This document shows, piece by piece, positions 62,450 to 64,000 of a stretch of 64,000 nt of DNA (positions are counted from its first letter, which is position 1; each line of letters begins with the position of its first letter). The DNA comes from Anthoceros angustus (lineage: Eukaryota; Plantae; Anthocerotophyta): positions 1,178,001 through 1,242,000 of the forward strand of contig MU008159.1 in the NCBI GenBank assembly GCA_010909165.1, in the 5' to 3' direction. Position numbers and translations under genes: made by a program. The notes beneath the pieces were generated by a model. It did not search any database, was not told where the DNA came from, and saw only the letters and a list, made by a program, of their open reading frames with translations.

Positions 62450-63290
62450 CATCAGCCCTAGCCTTAGAACAGCGTCAGCATGGAGGCCAATGGCGCTAAG
62501 AGGAGTCGTAGCGTGTTAGTCCATAGACTTCCCTCTCAAAGGCACATCCATTTTCGTGGTGCAAAGAGGAGGCATAGGTCGTACAATAGCAACAAACCCT
62601 CGCCCATGACCGATGCGATTGACATGTCCTAACTACAAAGGTCCGATTACCTCCATAAGATGGAACATCCATCATCATTCATCACGTGTCTGTGTAAACC
62701 ACAAAATGAAAATTCTTTGAAAGCGAAAGGCACCACATGCAAGTGGCCTATGCTCCACATGTGATCACCTCGCTTCAAAATCGCGATGTTGCCCGCCGGT
62801 CTTGCAAGGTAGAGCCAACATGTTCATGAGACTCTTACAGTCCTGTGTATGGAATTCAAGCGTTTCTTGCTCCATGGTGGACGACTATTATGACCTGCTG
62901 CACTTGCCGTCGAAACATGCAATTACTGCAGCTAGCGATGAGGAGAGTCGGCGGTGTGCTATGCTCTATCTGCGGTGCTTAAGCACGGCTTGACCCATTT
63001 ATTGAGACAAAGTCACGAAGTGGGTGAGTGTGAGAAACGACTTCGTTTTCTCCGGTCCCGGCAATCTACTTGCATTCCCTTAACACCAAAGCTGAAATAC
63101 ATCTTCCAAAGCGAGAATGAATCTACCAAAATAGAAAGGGGAAGGTGGGGTTCTTGTGCCTTCATGAAGGAAGCACCTGCAGTGCAAGGCGGAGCTCTGG
63201 TAATCAAGCAACTCCTTAAATGCTTTGTCGGCGTCAGTGTTTTGCCATTGTCGGCTAATGTGGCAAATGTTATATTGAGCATATTCTAAG
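62450..63290 (-). mobile_element. Fragment of another Transposase_21-like gene
   Basis: Broken N-terminal TnpD-like sequence, including GGQHRDFEA...LACGAF resembling the FAxExRNIRLGLAxDGF motif. Confidence 0.45.
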
Positions 63291-64000
63291 GTATATGCTA
63301 GTTATCGCATTAAAAATAGTGTTCGTAGTGGCATAACGATGGGCACCTAGAGTGATTCAGCATCCACCGACTAGCGGTATACACGGCCGCGTTTCCTACC
63401 GACCGCCAAAGTGGGCACCTCGACTTCATTACGGCATTTAGTCACGAAGGCTCTTATTCGGAAGCCCGGGTGTATCGAGTCTTAGCATCCACTTCTCATC
63501 CACCCTTCACGCATCCCCTCCTCCTCCCGGCTGGGCGTCCAGCGCCCCTCAGTGTAGAGCTGATGGCCCAATGAGCGGCAGGCGGCGTGTTGATTTACAA
63601 ATTTCGGGGCGGTAGGGTGGGATGCATGTCATTCACCGGCAAGGGTGTGCCATGGTCGGCGACTCAATTGTTGATCTCATTTGGCGGATGCACCGCACAA
63701 CCAGCGTCGTGGTTTTGAGGTGATTCACATCTATGGCGGCAGCGTTGCAGGCATAGTCATGAGACAACGGTGGCGGACTTCCTGGCGGTGGAAGCGATGG
63801 CGATGTGCGTGTTCCGGATATGGAGGGTGGAGCGGAGGATATGGTTGCCGGTGATGGCGACCTTTTGCATGCGATCCGAATGCGATGCGAGGCGGAAGGA
63901 TCGCACAAGAAGAACTCGATGCGGGGCGTTTAGCGGATGTCCGGTGCTCGGCGCTTATGACCGCCCGGCCCGGCCGTGTGCCACCACGAGGCGGCTCACG

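Noticed and set aside
63300-64000. GC-rich Pro/Ser-rich reading at the window end
   Set aside because: No domain evidence; probably the TE 5' region continuing beyond the window.

Overview
Nuclear DNA from a land plant with short introns, most likely a seed-free plant with flagellated sperm (hornwort- or lycophyte-like; this is inferred from IFT81, a cross-linking extensin and intron style). Bases 1-21.7 kb are a compact gene island: the 3' part of an AT-rich IFT81, an SP4/VYK extensin, a multi-exon plastid Fd-GOGAT, a PLSP1-like thylakoid signal peptidase and an intronless SLU7. From about 21.9 kb to the end is a nest of transposons: a gag-zinc knuckle-protease retroelement carrying a C5 cytosine DNA methyltransferase domain, CACTA and Mutator transposase relics, two young Copia elements with apparent accessory ORFs, a Sola2-like transposase and a RING-bearing accessory gene. 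The standout is the DNMT-carrying retroelement (DNMT domain at about 25429-26310). Many 1-2 nt indels, even in host genes and inside elements with near-identical LTRs, suggest uncorrected long-read errors, so frameshifts may not mean real decay. All family calls are by-eye motif recognition; no searches were run.
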